A DNA stretch of 64,000 nucleotides, from assembly GCA_964543375.1 (NCBI GenBank), contig CAZIYD010000002.1, positions 7,354-71,353 on the forward strand, read 5' to 3'. Below, one piece after another: positions 20,272-29,841 of the stretch. Both the position numbers and the translations under genes were made by a program. The first letter of the stretch is position 1. Each line of letters begins with the position of its first letter. The notes beneath the pieces were generated by a model that was given only the letters and a program-made list of their open reading frames with translations, was not told the DNA's origin and searched no databases. Source of the stretch: an uncultured Muribaculaceae bacterium. GTDB taxonomy: Bacteria; Bacillota_I; Bacilli_A; RF39; UBA660.

Positions 20272-21390
20272 ATGAATTTTATAATAAAAAAAGAAATATT
20301 TTTAGAAAACTTAAACAATGTATCGAAAGCCATCTCATCAAAAAACATAATACCTATATTAGGAGGAATTAAATTAGATTTAGATAGTAATGGATTATCA
20401 CTAACTTGTAGTGATAATGAAATAACTATTAGAAGTTTTATAGAAAAAAAATACATAGATAAAATAAATACAAAAGGAAGTATTGTAATATTAGGTAGAT
20501 ATTTTATAGAATTAATTAGAAAAATACCTTGTGATACTATAGAAATAGTTACAGATGGATTAAATTTAACTATAAATACAAAAAATGGAGAATATAATTT
20601 AAATGGTATGAACCCAGAAGAATTTCCAGATAAAACTTTAGAATTAGTAGAAAATCCTATAAAAATAGATAAAAATGTAATAAAAAACATAATAAATCAA
20701 ACATCATTTGCAATATCAAATCAAGAATCTCGTCCAATATTAACGGGTATAAATATCAAAATCAAAGATAATAAAATGGAATGTGTAGCAACAGATTCTT
20801 ATAGACTTGCTAAAAAAATGCTAAAAATTGAAGAAAATATAAAAGAAGAAGTAAATATAGTAATACCTGGAAGAAATTTAATAGAACTATCCAAAATAAT
20901 AAATGATGAACCAGAAAAAGTAGAATTTCATATTTTTTCAAGTAATGTTTTATTTAAATTTGATAATATCTTATTTCAATCTAGATTATTAAATGGAACT
21001 TATCCAGATACTTCAAAATTAATAAAATTAGATTCTTTAGTAAATATAACTGTTAATACAGAAGAATTATATAATTCAATAGATAGAGCTTCTCTTTTAA
21101 CTAATGAAAAAGATAAAAATGTAATAAAAATGGAATTAAAAGAAAAAGAGTTAATAATAAGTTCAACATCTCAAGAAATAGGTAATATAGAAGAAAAGAT
21201 AGAAATAGAAAAAAATAATGATACAAATATAGAAATATCATACTCTTCTAAATATATGATGGAAGCACTTAGAACTATAAAAAGTCAAAAAACGGAAATT
21301 CATATAGGTGGCGAGATAAAACCTATAATATTAAAATCCACAGAAGATGATAATTTAATTCAATTAATAGTTCCAATAAAAACTTTTTAA
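20272..21390 (+). CDS. dnaN: DNA polymerase III beta sliding clamp
   Basis: 372 aa. Three-domain beta-clamp pattern, N-terminus MNFIIKKEIFLENLNNVSKAI. Conserved position after dnaA. Confidence 0.95.
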   Translation: MNFIIKKEIFLENLNNVSKAISSKNIIPILGGIKLDLDSNGLSLTCSDNEITIRSFIEKKYIDKINTKGSIVILGRYFIELIRKIPCDTIEIVTDGLNLTINTKNGEYNLNGMNPEEFPDKTLELVENPIKIDKNVIKNIINQTSFAISNQESRPILTGINIKIKDNKMECVATDSYRLAKKMLKIEENIKEEVNIVIPGRNLIELSKIINDEPEKVEFHIFSSNVLFKFDNILFQSRLLNGTYPDTSKLIKLDSLVNITVNTEELYNSIDRASLLTNEKDKNVIKMELKEKELIISSTSQEIGNIEEKIEIEKNNDTNIEISYSSKYMMEALRTIKSQKTEIHIGGEIKPIILKSTEDDNLIQLIVPIKTF

Positions 21391-21450
21391 TAAATATTGT
21401 TAAATTATAAAAAAAATATTATAATCTAACTTTAGAAATCAGGTGATTTT

Positions 21451-23259
21451 ATGGATTATGATGTAATAATAGTTGGTGGAGGACACGCAGGATGCGAAGC
21501 AGCTTTGGCTACTTCGCGTTTATCACATAAAACCTTACTAATAACTAGTAATTTTAATACTGTAGCACAAATGCCTTGTAATCCATCTATTGGTGGTTCT
21601 GCTAAAGGAATAGTCGTTAGAGAAATAGATGCACTTGGTGGAGAAATGGGTAAATGTGCTGATAAAACATTAATTCAAATGAAAATGTTAAATACTGGAA
21701 AAGGTCCAGCAGTAAGAAGTTTAAGAAGTCAAGCAGATAAAGAAACTTATCCAAAAGAAATGTTAAAAACATTAAAAGAACAAGTAAATCTAGAACTATT
21801 AGAATCTATGGTAGAAGATTTAATAATAGAAAATGGTGTTATTAAAGGGATAGTTTTAGAAAATAATAAAAAAATAACTTCAAAAATAGTAATTTTAACC
21901 ACTGGTACATACTTAAAAAGTGATATATTAGTGGGTTCAACTAGAACAAGAAGTGGTCCAATGAACGAAAAACCATCTTTATTTTTAAGTGATAATTTAA
22001 AAAAGATAGGTTTTGATATATTGAGATTAAAAACAGGAACACCTCAAAGAATAGAAAAAAGTTCTATAGATTTTTCTAAAACAAAAGAAGAATTTGGATC
22101 TGAAATACCATATACATTTAGTTTTGAAAATAAAATATATTATGATGTTAATAATCAAGTATCTTGTCATTTAATTCATACAACAAAAGAAACGAAACAA
22201 ATAATATTAAATAACTTAGAAAAATCCTCAATGTATGGAGCAATAGAGGATATTTTAGGAGTTGGTCCTAGATATTGTCCTTCAATAGAAGATAAAATCG
22301 TAAGATTTCAAGATAAAGAAACTCATCAAATTTTTTTAGAACCTGAAAGTTTATATAGTAATGAAATATATCTTCAAGGTTTTTCAACAAGTATGCCAAA
22401 AGATATACAAGAAAAACTTGTAGCATCACTCCCGGGATTAGAAAATGCTAAAATATTGAAATATGCATATGCAATAGAATATGATGCAATAAATCCAACA
22501 CAGTTGAAAAATAATTTAGAAACAAAATTAATAGAAAATTTATTTACAGCAGGTCAAATAAATGGTACAAGTGGATATGAAGAAGCAGCTTGTCAAGGTC
22601 TTATAGCAGGAATAAATGCCTCAAATAAATTAAATAATAAAGAACCATTAATTTTAAAGAGAAACGAAGCATATATAGGTGTTTTAATAGATGATTTAAT
22701 AACAAAAGGAACATATGAACCATATAGATTACTTACATCAAGGGCAGAATATAGATTATTACTTAGACATGATAATGCAGATTTAAGATTAACTGAATAT
22801 GGATATAATGTTGGTTTAATCAGTCAAGAAAGATATAATAAATTTAAACAAAAACAAAAAAATATAGAGAATTTATTAGAATTATCTAAAACAATTAAAG
22901 TAAAAAATGAATCAATGTATAAATACTTAAAACATCCTGAATCTAGTATATTTGATATAAAAGATTTAGAAAATAAATATACTAAAGAAGAGTTAGAACA
23001 AGTAGAAATTATAATCAAGTATGAAGGATATATTAAAAAAACAGAAAAACAAGCAGAAAATATGTTAAAACTTGAATTTAAAAAAATACCAGAAGATATA
23101 AATTACGATAATATTAAAAATTTAGCTTCTGAAGCAAGACAAAAATTAAATAAAATAAGACCAGAATCTATAGGTCAAGCAAGTAGAATAAGTGGTGTTA
23201 ATTTATCAGATATTGCAATATTATTAGTATATATGAAGAGGTATTTTAAAAATGAATGA
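21451..23259 (+). CDS. mnmG: tRNA uridine 5-carboxymethylaminomethyl modification enzyme MnmG (GidA)
   Basis: 602 aa. FAD-binding N-terminus MDYDVIIVGGGHAGCEAALA and conserved MnmG C-terminal region. Confidence 0.96.
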   Translation: MDYDVIIVGGGHAGCEAALATSRLSHKTLLITSNFNTVAQMPCNPSIGGSAKGIVVREIDALGGEMGKCADKTLIQMKMLNTGKGPAVRSLRSQADKETYPKEMLKTLKEQVNLELLESMVEDLIIENGVIKGIVLENNKKITSKIVILTTGTYLKSDILVGSTRTRSGPMNEKPSLFLSDNLKKIGFDILRLKTGTPQRIEKSSIDFSKTKEEFGSEIPYTFSFENKIYYDVNNQVSCHLIHTTKETKQIILNNLEKSSMYGAIEDILGVGPRYCPSIEDKIVRFQDKETHQIFLEPESLYSNEIYLQGFSTSMPKDIQEKLVASLPGLENAKILKYAYAIEYDAINPTQLKNNLETKLIENLFTAGQINGTSGYEEAACQGLIAGINASNKLNNKEPLILKRNEAYIGVLIDDLITKGTYEPYRLLTSRAEYRLLLRHDNADLRLTEYGYNVGLISQERYNKFKQKQKNIENLLELSKTIKVKNESMYKYLKHPESSIFDIKDLENKYTKEELEQVEIIIKYEGYIKKTEKQAENMLKLEFKKIPEDINYDNIKNLASEARQKLNKIRPESIGQASRISGVNLSDIAILLVYMKRYFKNE

Positions 23260-23947
23260 ATTAGAATTTATAGATCATTTAAAAGATTTAAATATAGAAA
23301 TAACTAAAAAACAACTAGATAATTTAAATAAATATTATAATCATTTAGTAGAATATAATTCTAAAATAAATATAACTTCAATAATAAATAAAGAAGATGT
23401 TTATTTAAAACATTTTTATGATAGTTTAACGTTAACCAAAGCAACAGATTTAACACAAAATATAACGGTTTGTGATTTTGGAACAGGGGCAGGTTTTCCC
23501 GGATTGGTATTAAAAATAATATTTCCAAATATAAAATTAACATTAATAGAGTCTATAACTAAAAAAACAAAATTTTTAAAAGAAATTGTTAATTTATTAA
23601 ACTTAGAAGGAATAGAAATAATAAATGATAGGGTAGAAATTTTTGCTAAAAATAATATTAATAGATTTGATTTAGTAACATGTAGGGCTGTATCAAGTTT
23701 AAGTATAATATCAGAATTATCTCTTCCTATGACAAAAATAAACGGATATTTTATACCAATGAAAGGTGAACTAACAGAAGATATATCATTTTTAGTAAAA
23801 TTAAATAGTAAAGTAGAAAAAACATATGAATTTAATTTACCAATAGAAAATAGTAAAAGAACTTTAATAAAAATAAAGAAATTAGATAAAACAAATAAAA
23901 TTTATCCAAGAGATTATAAAATAATTAAAGAAAAACCATTAAGATGA
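23252..23947 (+). CDS. rsmG: 16S rRNA (guanine527-N7)-methyltransferase RsmG (GidB)
   Basis: 231 aa. SAM-binding motif DFGTGAGFPGLVLKI. Overlaps the mnmG stop as in the conserved mnmG-rsmG operon. Confidence 0.9.
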   Translation: MNELEFIDHLKDLNIEITKKQLDNLNKYYNHLVEYNSKINITSIINKEDVYLKHFYDSLTLTKATDLTQNITVCDFGTGAGFPGLVLKIIFPNIKLTLIESITKKTKFLKEIVNLLNLEGIEIINDRVEIFAKNNINRFDLVTCRAVSSLSIISELSLPMTKINGYFIPMKGELTEDISFLVKLNSKVEKTYEFNLPIENSKRTLIKIKKLDKTNKIYPRDYKIIKEKPLR

Positions 23948-24013
23948 AAATATATTGTGTTTTTATCTTTTTTTTAGTATCATTATATGTATAAGAATAA
24001 AAAGGTGATATAT

Positions 24014-25411
24014 ATGAATGGTAATTTTGATAAAGAGATAAGAGAAATATTTTTAGACGATATAATTCCTAACAGATTTCAACCAAGATTAAATTTTGAT
24101 GAAAAATCTCTTTTAGAATTAGCTGAATCAATAAAGCAACATGGAATAATACAACCATTAGTTTTAAGAAGGCTTGGAGATAAATATGAAATTATTGCTG
24201 GAGAAAGAAGATTCAAAGCATCTCAAATTGCCGGTTTAACCAAAGTTCCTGCTTTAATAGCAGATTTAGATGATAATTCAAGCGCAGAAGTTGCAATAGT
24301 AGAAAACCTACATAGAAAAGAAATGTCATCATTAGAAGAAGCAAAATCTTTCAAGAAACTTTTAGAAAGAGGTATAACACAAGAACAACTTGGTATTCGT
24401 TTAGGAAAAAGTCAATCATATATTGCAAACAAACTTAGATTATTATCTTTGAGTGAAGCCGTGCAAAACGCTTTAGTTCAAGAACAAATATCAGAAAGAC
24501 ATGCAAGAAGTCTTCTATCTGTAAAAGATTCTGTTGAACAACAAAACATCTTAAATGAGATAATTTCAAGAAAATTAACGGTAAAAGAGACAGATGAACT
24601 TATAAAAGAACGATTTGGTGAAGAAGAGGTAGATGAGTTAATTCTACAACCAGAATTATCAAACAATAAAAGTGCAGATATAATGAGTTTTAATCTAGAA
24701 GATTTAAAAAAAGATAAACCTATTCAAGAAAATATATATGAACAAGAAAACATACCTAAACCAACAAATAGTCAAGAAGTTATTAATAATCAACCATTTA
24801 TTCAAACACAACCAGTTTTAAATAATATGGAAAATAACGAAATAAATGTTCCAAAACCATTTGTTTTAATTGATGAAAATTCAAATAAAACAGAAACTAT
24901 TCCAGAACCACATAGAAATACTGAACTTAATCCTCAACTTAATTTAATAAATAAATTAAGTGATCCAAATGAAACCTCAGAATCTATATCTTTTAAAGAA
25001 ACAATTGGAACAATATCAAGCCCTTATGTAATTCCAAAAGCAGATATAGAAACAGATTATTTAAAACCTAGAAACATATTTGATGTAGAAGAAATAAAAA
25101 ATAATGCTCAAAACGTTAATCAAGAAACAAAAACCAGTTTTGATATAAATCAGTTGCTTATTTCTGATTCTAAGCAAGCAGAAATAGAACCTAATAACGT
25201 TCAACCAACTGAAGAAACGGCTCATCAAAATAAATTTATAATGAATTTAAATGAACAACCTAAAACAATATCAGAAAATAAAGATATAAATAATTCAAAA
25301 GAAATGATAAAAACAGTTTTAGACACTATAAAAAATAGCGGAGTTAAAATTGACTATGAAGAATTTGACTTTGAAAGATTATATCAAATAATAATAAAAA
25401 TAGAAAAATAA
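24014..25411 (+). CDS. ParB/Spo0J/Noc-family partition-like protein with long low-complexity C-terminal tail; no parA partner
   Basis: ParB N-domain (IPNRFQPRLNFD, GIIQPLVLRR, GERRFKA) and HTH (ITQEQLGIRLGKSQSYIANKLRLLSL), then about 250 aa of N/E/Q/P-rich sequence. Start placed at MNGNFDK with RBS AAAGGTGA. Flanking DNA encodes no ParA (Walker ATPase). Confidence 0.8.
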   Translation: MNGNFDKEIREIFLDDIIPNRFQPRLNFDEKSLLELAESIKQHGIIQPLVLRRLGDKYEIIAGERRFKASQIAGLTKVPALIADLDDNSSAEVAIVENLHRKEMSSLEEAKSFKKLLERGITQEQLGIRLGKSQSYIANKLRLLSLSEAVQNALVQEQISERHARSLLSVKDSVEQQNILNEIISRKLTVKETDELIKERFGEEEVDELILQPELSNNKSADIMSFNLEDLKKDKPIQENIYEQENIPKPTNSQEVINNQPFIQTQPVLNNMENNEINVPKPFVLIDENSNKTETIPEPHRNTELNPQLNLINKLSDPNETSESISFKETIGTISSPYVIPKADIETDYLKPRNIFDVEEIKNNAQNVNQETKTSFDINQLLISDSKQAEIEPNNVQPTEETAHQNKFIMNLNEQPKTISENKDINNSKEMIKTVLDTIKNSGVKIDYEEFDFERLYQIIIKIEK

Positions 25412-25442
25412 AAATTCACTATTTTTTCTGAAAGGAGTTTTC

Positions 25443-26036
25443 ATGAAAAGAAATGGATTTACTTTAGTTGAATTACTGGCAGTATTAATAATATTGATGT
25501 TATTAATAACTATAACTGTGCCACTAATAAGTAATGTTATGAAAGATTCTAGAAAAAAAGCAACAGAAAAATTAATAAGTAATATAGAAGTATCAGCAAA
25601 AAAATATGTAACAGATAATATTAGAGACATGGAAGAATTAAATAAATTTGGTTTTATTAATGTATCATTAAAAACTTTAGTTGAAAACAAATATATTCAG
25701 TCAAATTTAAAAAATCCAGAAACAAAAGAAAACTTATTTATTGACGATATTATTTATGTAACTCTAGATTACAACAATAAATTAGATGTTAAATATGATA
25801 TAGAGCAAAAATCAAAAGCGAAAATAACTCTAAATGGTTTTTTTAATGATAGAGTAAAAGTAGGAACGACTTATTCTGATCCAGGAGCAATTGGATTTGA
25901 TGGAACAAATATGAATAATAAAGTAATGGGAGTTGGCACTATAGATACATCAAAAAAAGGAGTATATAAAATAACATATTCCTATGGTAATTCTAATAGT
26001 ATATTTAGATATGTAATAGTAACAGATGATATATAG
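25443..26036 (+). CDS. type IV pilin / pseudopilin-like protein with C-terminal Ig-like domain
   Basis: 197 aa. Class III prepilin signal MKRNG/FTLVELLAVLIIL (G-1, F+1, E+5), C-terminal segment TTYSDPGAIGFDGTN resembling DUF5011 Ig-like domains. Confidence 0.7.
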   Translation: MKRNGFTLVELLAVLIILMLLITITVPLISNVMKDSRKKATEKLISNIEVSAKKYVTDNIRDMEELNKFGFINVSLKTLVENKYIQSNLKNPETKENLFIDDIIYVTLDYNNKLDVKYDIEQKSKAKITLNGFFNDRVKVGTTYSDPGAIGFDGTNMNNKVMGVGTIDTSKKGVYKITYSYGNSNSIFRYVIVTDDI

Positions 26037-26044
26037 GAGATTTT

Positions 26045-26896
26045 ATGAAAAAAAATGGATTTACTTTGATAGAAGTCTTAGCAGTAATAATACTACTTGG
26101 AGTAATTGTAACTATAGTAGTATCCATAGTAGATGGTGATATTAATCTTGTTAAAGAATATGCTAAAGAAAATCAAATAAAACTAATAGAAGAATCAGCA
26201 GAAATTTATTATTTAAATTATAAAAATGAAATTCCATCTATAGATACTACAAAAATAGCAACAATAACAATTCAAACTTTATATGACAAGGGTTTTATAA
26301 AAGATAAAGATTTAGTTGTCAACTCAAAAGAAACAATTAAAAAAACAGATAAAGTATTAATTTATTTAGTAGATGGAGAATTGTTTACTTTGTATGATAA
26401 GACACAAACTATAAGTTTAATGATAATATTAAAAGGTCCTAGTGAAATAAAAATAAGAAAAGATGGAGAATATACTGAATATGGGGCAGTAGTAATAAAT
26501 ACATTAACAACAACAATAATTGATATTCCACCTTCAAACATATCTGGTACAGTTAATAAATCAGTAGAAGGAACATATACAATTACTTATAGTTATAGTG
26601 GTGCGAGCCCAAAAAGTAGAAAAGTAATAGTAGCACAAGCACAAACAATATCTGATACTACCAAACCAGTAATAACTTTATTAGGAACATCACCTATGAC
26701 TATAGCGAGAGGTTCTGTTTTTACAGACCCAGGAGCAACCGCTACTGATAACTTAGATGGTAATATAACAGAAAGAATAATAAAAAGCGGAAAAGTAAAT
26801 ACAAACGTTATGGGAACGTACTATATAAACTACGATGTTAATGATTCATCTGGTAATAAAGCAATAACCAAAACAAGGATAATAAATGTAAATTAA
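26045..26896 (+). CDS. type IV pilin / pseudopilin-like protein with C-terminal DUF5011-like Ig domain
   Basis: 283 aa. Prepilin signal MKKNG/FTLIEVLAVIILL, C-terminal SVFTDPGATATDNLDGNITERII matching the DUF5011 (bacterial Ig-like) consensus. Confidence 0.7.
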   Translation: MKKNGFTLIEVLAVIILLGVIVTIVVSIVDGDINLVKEYAKENQIKLIEESAEIYYLNYKNEIPSIDTTKIATITIQTLYDKGFIKDKDLVVNSKETIKKTDKVLIYLVDGELFTLYDKTQTISLMIILKGPSEIKIRKDGEYTEYGAVVINTLTTTIIDIPPSNISGTVNKSVEGTYTITYSYSGASPKSRKVIVAQAQTISDTTKPVITLLGTSPMTIARGSVFTDPGATATDNLDGNITERIIKSGKVNTNVMGTYYINYDVNDSSGNKAITKTRIINVN

Positions 26897-26897
26897 A

Positions 26898-26925
26898 AGT
26901 CTATGAAAATAGATTTTTTAATTAT
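26898..26925 (+). terminator. possible intrinsic terminator after pilin genes
   Basis: AAAAGTCTATgaaaATAGATTTTTT: imperfect 7-bp stem followed by T-run. Confidence 0.35.
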
Positions 26926-26991
26926 CAAAAAACACTTTATTTTATAAAAATATATGTTATAATGTGCTATGTAATTTTTTATAGGAGAGAC

Positions 26992-27369
26992 ATGAAAGAA
27001 ATAAGAATTAAAACAATTGTAGTAAATTCAGAAGGAGAAACTAGCTATTTAGAAACAATTGCTAAATACGATGATAAGAACAAAGTAATAACTTATAACG
27101 AGGAGGATTTAGAAGTCACATTAACAATAAAAGATCAAAAAATAACACTAAATAGAAAAAATGACGATTATGATTTAAATTTAGAATTTAAAGAAAACAC
27201 TTCAATTGAATGTAAGCATAAAATATTATCTATGGAGTTAATATTGGATCTTACTGTAACAACGCTAAAATTAGAAATAGAAAAAGATTATATTTATGTA
27301 AAATATAAATTAGAAAATTTACAAACAGATATGGGAATATTCGAATATAAATTAATGTTTTTAGAATAA
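26992..27369 (+). CDS. DUF1934-like (YwiB-like) small beta-barrel protein
   Basis: 125 aa from MKEIRIK with RBS AGGAGAGAC. Size, beta-rich composition and position immediately upstream of rpoE are consistent with DUF1934. Homology not verifiable here. Confidence 0.45.
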   Translation: MKEIRIKTIVVNSEGETSYLETIAKYDDKNKVITYNEEDLEVTLTIKDQKITLNRKNDDYDLNLEFKENTSIECKHKILSMELILDLTVTTLKLEIEKDYIYVKYKLENLQTDMGIFEYKLMFLE

Positions 27370-27380
27370 TTGGAGGCAAA

Positions 27381-27860
27381 ATGAAAAAAAGAGATATAGA
27401 TATAGAAAAGTTAACATACCAAGACATAGCATACAACATTATTAAAGAAGATAAAGAAGCAAAAACAACTTTAGAATTATTTAAAGAAATATGCCTTTTG
27501 CTTGATTTAGAAGAAGAAAAATATAAACACGTAATAGGAGATTTTTATACCACTTTAAATTTAGATAAAAGATTTTACTTACTAGAAGATGGAAAGTGGG
27601 ATTTAAAGGAAAAATATGCAGTAAAAACAGTTTTAGATGAAGATGAACTAGATGATTTAGAAGGATTGGATATTTTAGATGATTACGAGTTAGAAGAAAA
27701 CGAAGAAGATGAAGATATAAAAGAAGAAGATGAAGAAGTAGAAGAAGATATAATTGAGGAAGACGAAGACATAATGGATGAAGAAGATGAAATAATAAAC
27801 GAATTAGATGAACTTACTGTAGTAAATGAAGAAGACTTAGAATCAGACGATATAATATAA
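27381..27860 (+). CDS. rpoE: DNA-directed RNA polymerase delta subunit
   Basis: 159 aa. N-terminal HARE-HTH-like domain (LTYQDIAYNIIKEDKEAKTTLELFKEI) followed by about 70-aa poly-acidic tail (DEDELDDLEGLDILDDYELEENEEDED), the hallmark of Firmicutes RpoE. Confidence 0.8.
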   Translation: MKKRDIDIEKLTYQDIAYNIIKEDKEAKTTLELFKEICLLLDLEEEKYKHVIGDFYTTLNLDKRFYLLEDGKWDLKEKYAVKTVLDEDELDDLEGLDILDDYELEENEEDEDIKEEDEEVEEDIIEEDEDIMDEEDEIINELDELTVVNEEDLESDDII

Positions 27861-27870
27861 AGGAGCTATT

Positions 27871-28926
27871 ATGATAGATAGACTAGAAGAAATAGAAAAA
27901 AAATATAAATCTTTAGAAGAAGAACTATTAAAACCAGAAGTACTATCTAATATAAATAGTATTAAAACTTTGTCAAAAGAAAAAAGCAGCTTAGAAGATG
28001 TAGTGTTTGAATATAATAACTATAAGAATACATTACAGTCTATAAAAGATGCAGAAGAAATGTTATCTGAAAAAGAACTAGTAGATTTCACAAAAGAAGA
28101 ATTAGATAAATTGAATCAGAAAAAAGAAAATTTAGAAGAAAAACTAGAACTTATGTTAGTTCCAAAAGACCCAGATGATGATAAAAATGTAATATTTGAG
28201 ATAAGAGGTGCTGCCGGTGGAGATGAAGCAAATATTTTTGCTGGTGATCTTTTTGATATGTATTATAGGTATGTAGAAGAAATGGGATGGAAACTAGAAA
28301 TAATAAATGAAGTAAAGGGTTCCTCTGGCGGTTTTTCACAAATAGAGTTCATTATAAAAGGAACAGGAGCATATTCTAAACTTAAATATGAAAGTGGAAC
28401 ACACAGAGTACAAAGAGTCCCAGAAACAGAATCCCAAGGAAGAGTTCACACATCAACTGCAACCGTTATAGTACTTCCTGAGCACGAAGATATAGATATA
28501 GAAATAAAAGAAACAGATATAAAGGTAGATGTATATAGATCTGGTGGTGCTGGAGGTCAATCAGTAAACACAACAGATAGTGCAGTTAGAATAACTCATA
28601 TACCAACAGGAATTGTTGTAACTTGTCAAAACGAAAGAAGTCAAATTCAAAACAAGGCAAAAGCATTACAACTTTTAAAAAGCAAAGTTTATGAAGAAAC
28701 TATAAAACAACAAGAAGAAAAAGAAGATGCAGAAAGAAGAACAAAAATTGGTAGTGGTGATAGATCTGAAAAAATAAGGACATATAATTACCCACAAAAT
28801 AGGGTTACAGATCATAGAATAAATTTAACATTAATGAATTTAGATAGAATAATGTTAGGAAAATTAGATGATTTAATAGAGGAATTAATAAATGAAGATC
28901 AAAAAAGAAAATTACAAGAAAATTGA
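27871..28926 (+). CDS. prfA: peptide chain release factor 1
   Basis: 351 aa. GGQ motif (RSGGAGGQSVNTTDSAVRITHIPTG), RF1-type codon-recognition region (QRVPETESQGRVHTSTATV). Confidence 0.95.
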   Translation: MIDRLEEIEKKYKSLEEELLKPEVLSNINSIKTLSKEKSSLEDVVFEYNNYKNTLQSIKDAEEMLSEKELVDFTKEELDKLNQKKENLEEKLELMLVPKDPDDDKNVIFEIRGAAGGDEANIFAGDLFDMYYRYVEEMGWKLEIINEVKGSSGGFSQIEFIIKGTGAYSKLKYESGTHRVQRVPETESQGRVHTSTATVIVLPEHEDIDIEIKETDIKVDVYRSGGAGGQSVNTTDSAVRITHIPTGIVVTCQNERSQIQNKAKALQLLKSKVYEETIKQQEEKEDAERRTKIGSGDRSEKIRTYNYPQNRVTDHRINLTLMNLDRIMLGKLDDLIEELINEDQKRKLQEN

Positions 28927-29704
28927 TCTTTTTTCTTATATTACAACATTTAATATAAGCGAAAGAGATGCTAAATATTTTATAAATAGTTTAAATTTAC
29001 CAGAGAATTTTAATAAAAATACATATAATAAAACTATTAAAATAATAAATAGATTAAAAAAAGAACCAATTCAATATGTTTTGGGCCACACGAATTTTTA
29101 TGGCTATGAATATAAAGTAAATAAACACACACTAATACCTAGATTTGAAACAGAGGAACTTGTAGAAAATACAATAAAGTTTATAAATACGCACTTAAAA
29201 GATAATATAAATATATTAGATATAGGAACAGGAAGTGGATGTATTGGAATAACTTTAAAAAGAAAACTACCAAATACAAACGTTACTATATCTGATATAA
29301 GTAAAAAAACATTAAAAGTTGCTAAAGAAAATATAAGAAACTTAGATATAAATATAATAAGAGGCAATTTATTAAAACCCTTTATAAATAAAGAAAAATT
29401 TAATGTAATAATAAGTAATCCTCCATATATATCACATAATGAAAAAATTGCTGAAATAGTCTATAATAATGAGCCCCATATTGCTTTATATGCAAAAAAT
29501 AAGGGTTTATATTATTATGAAGAAATCCTAAAAGATATATCGAAAGTATTAGAAAAAGATTTTATAGTTGCTTTTGAAATAGGTATGAATCAAAAAGAAG
29601 ATATTGAAAAACTTATAAATAAATATTTAAAAAATATAGATATTATATTTAAGAAAGATTTACAAGGAAGAGATAGGATGGTTTTTATAAAAAACAGATA
29701 TTGA
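28892..29704 (+). CDS. prmC: release factor glutamine N5-methyltransferase PrmC (HemK)
   Basis: 270 aa. SAM motif ILDIGTGSGCIGI and NPPY motif (IISNPPYI). Overlaps the prfA 3' end as in the conserved prfA-prmC operon. Confidence 0.9.
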   Translation: MKIKKENYKKIDLFSYITTFNISERDAKYFINSLNLPENFNKNTYNKTIKIINRLKKEPIQYVLGHTNFYGYEYKVNKHTLIPRFETEELVENTIKFINTHLKDNINILDIGTGSGCIGITLKRKLPNTNVTISDISKKTLKVAKENIRNLDINIIRGNLLKPFINKEKFNVIISNPPYISHNEKIAEIVYNNEPHIALYAKNKGLYYYEEILKDISKVLEKDFIVAFEIGMNQKEDIEKLINKYLKNIDIIFKKDLQGRDRMVFIKNRY

Positions 29705-29781
29705 CCTAGATGCAACGTCATATATTTTTAATATAGAAATTGCATTTAACTCTTTAAGTAATAAAAACAAGCACAAAAACT

Positions 29782-29809
29782 TGACAATTTTGTAAATATG
29801 TGTATAATA
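29782..29809 (+). promoter_or_regulatory. strong sigma-A type promoter
   Basis: TTGACA-16nt-TGTGTATAAT (extended -10), read directly. Upstream of ORF 29842. Confidence 0.55.
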
Positions 29810-29841
29810 ACGTTGAAATTATTCAAAAAGGGGGAATTTTT

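Noticed and set aside
20064-20690. 208-aa minus-strand ORF spanning the dnaA 3' end, the dnaA-dnaN intergenic region and the dnaN 5' end
   Set aside because: Low-complexity Phe/Ile/Leu-rich translation typical of the antisense frame of AT-rich coding sequence. It overlaps two well-supported genes.
23948-25442. Searched for a parA/soj gene next to the parB-like gene
   Set aside because: No room and no Walker A P-loop ORF on either strand. parB is flanked directly by rsmG and a pilin gene.
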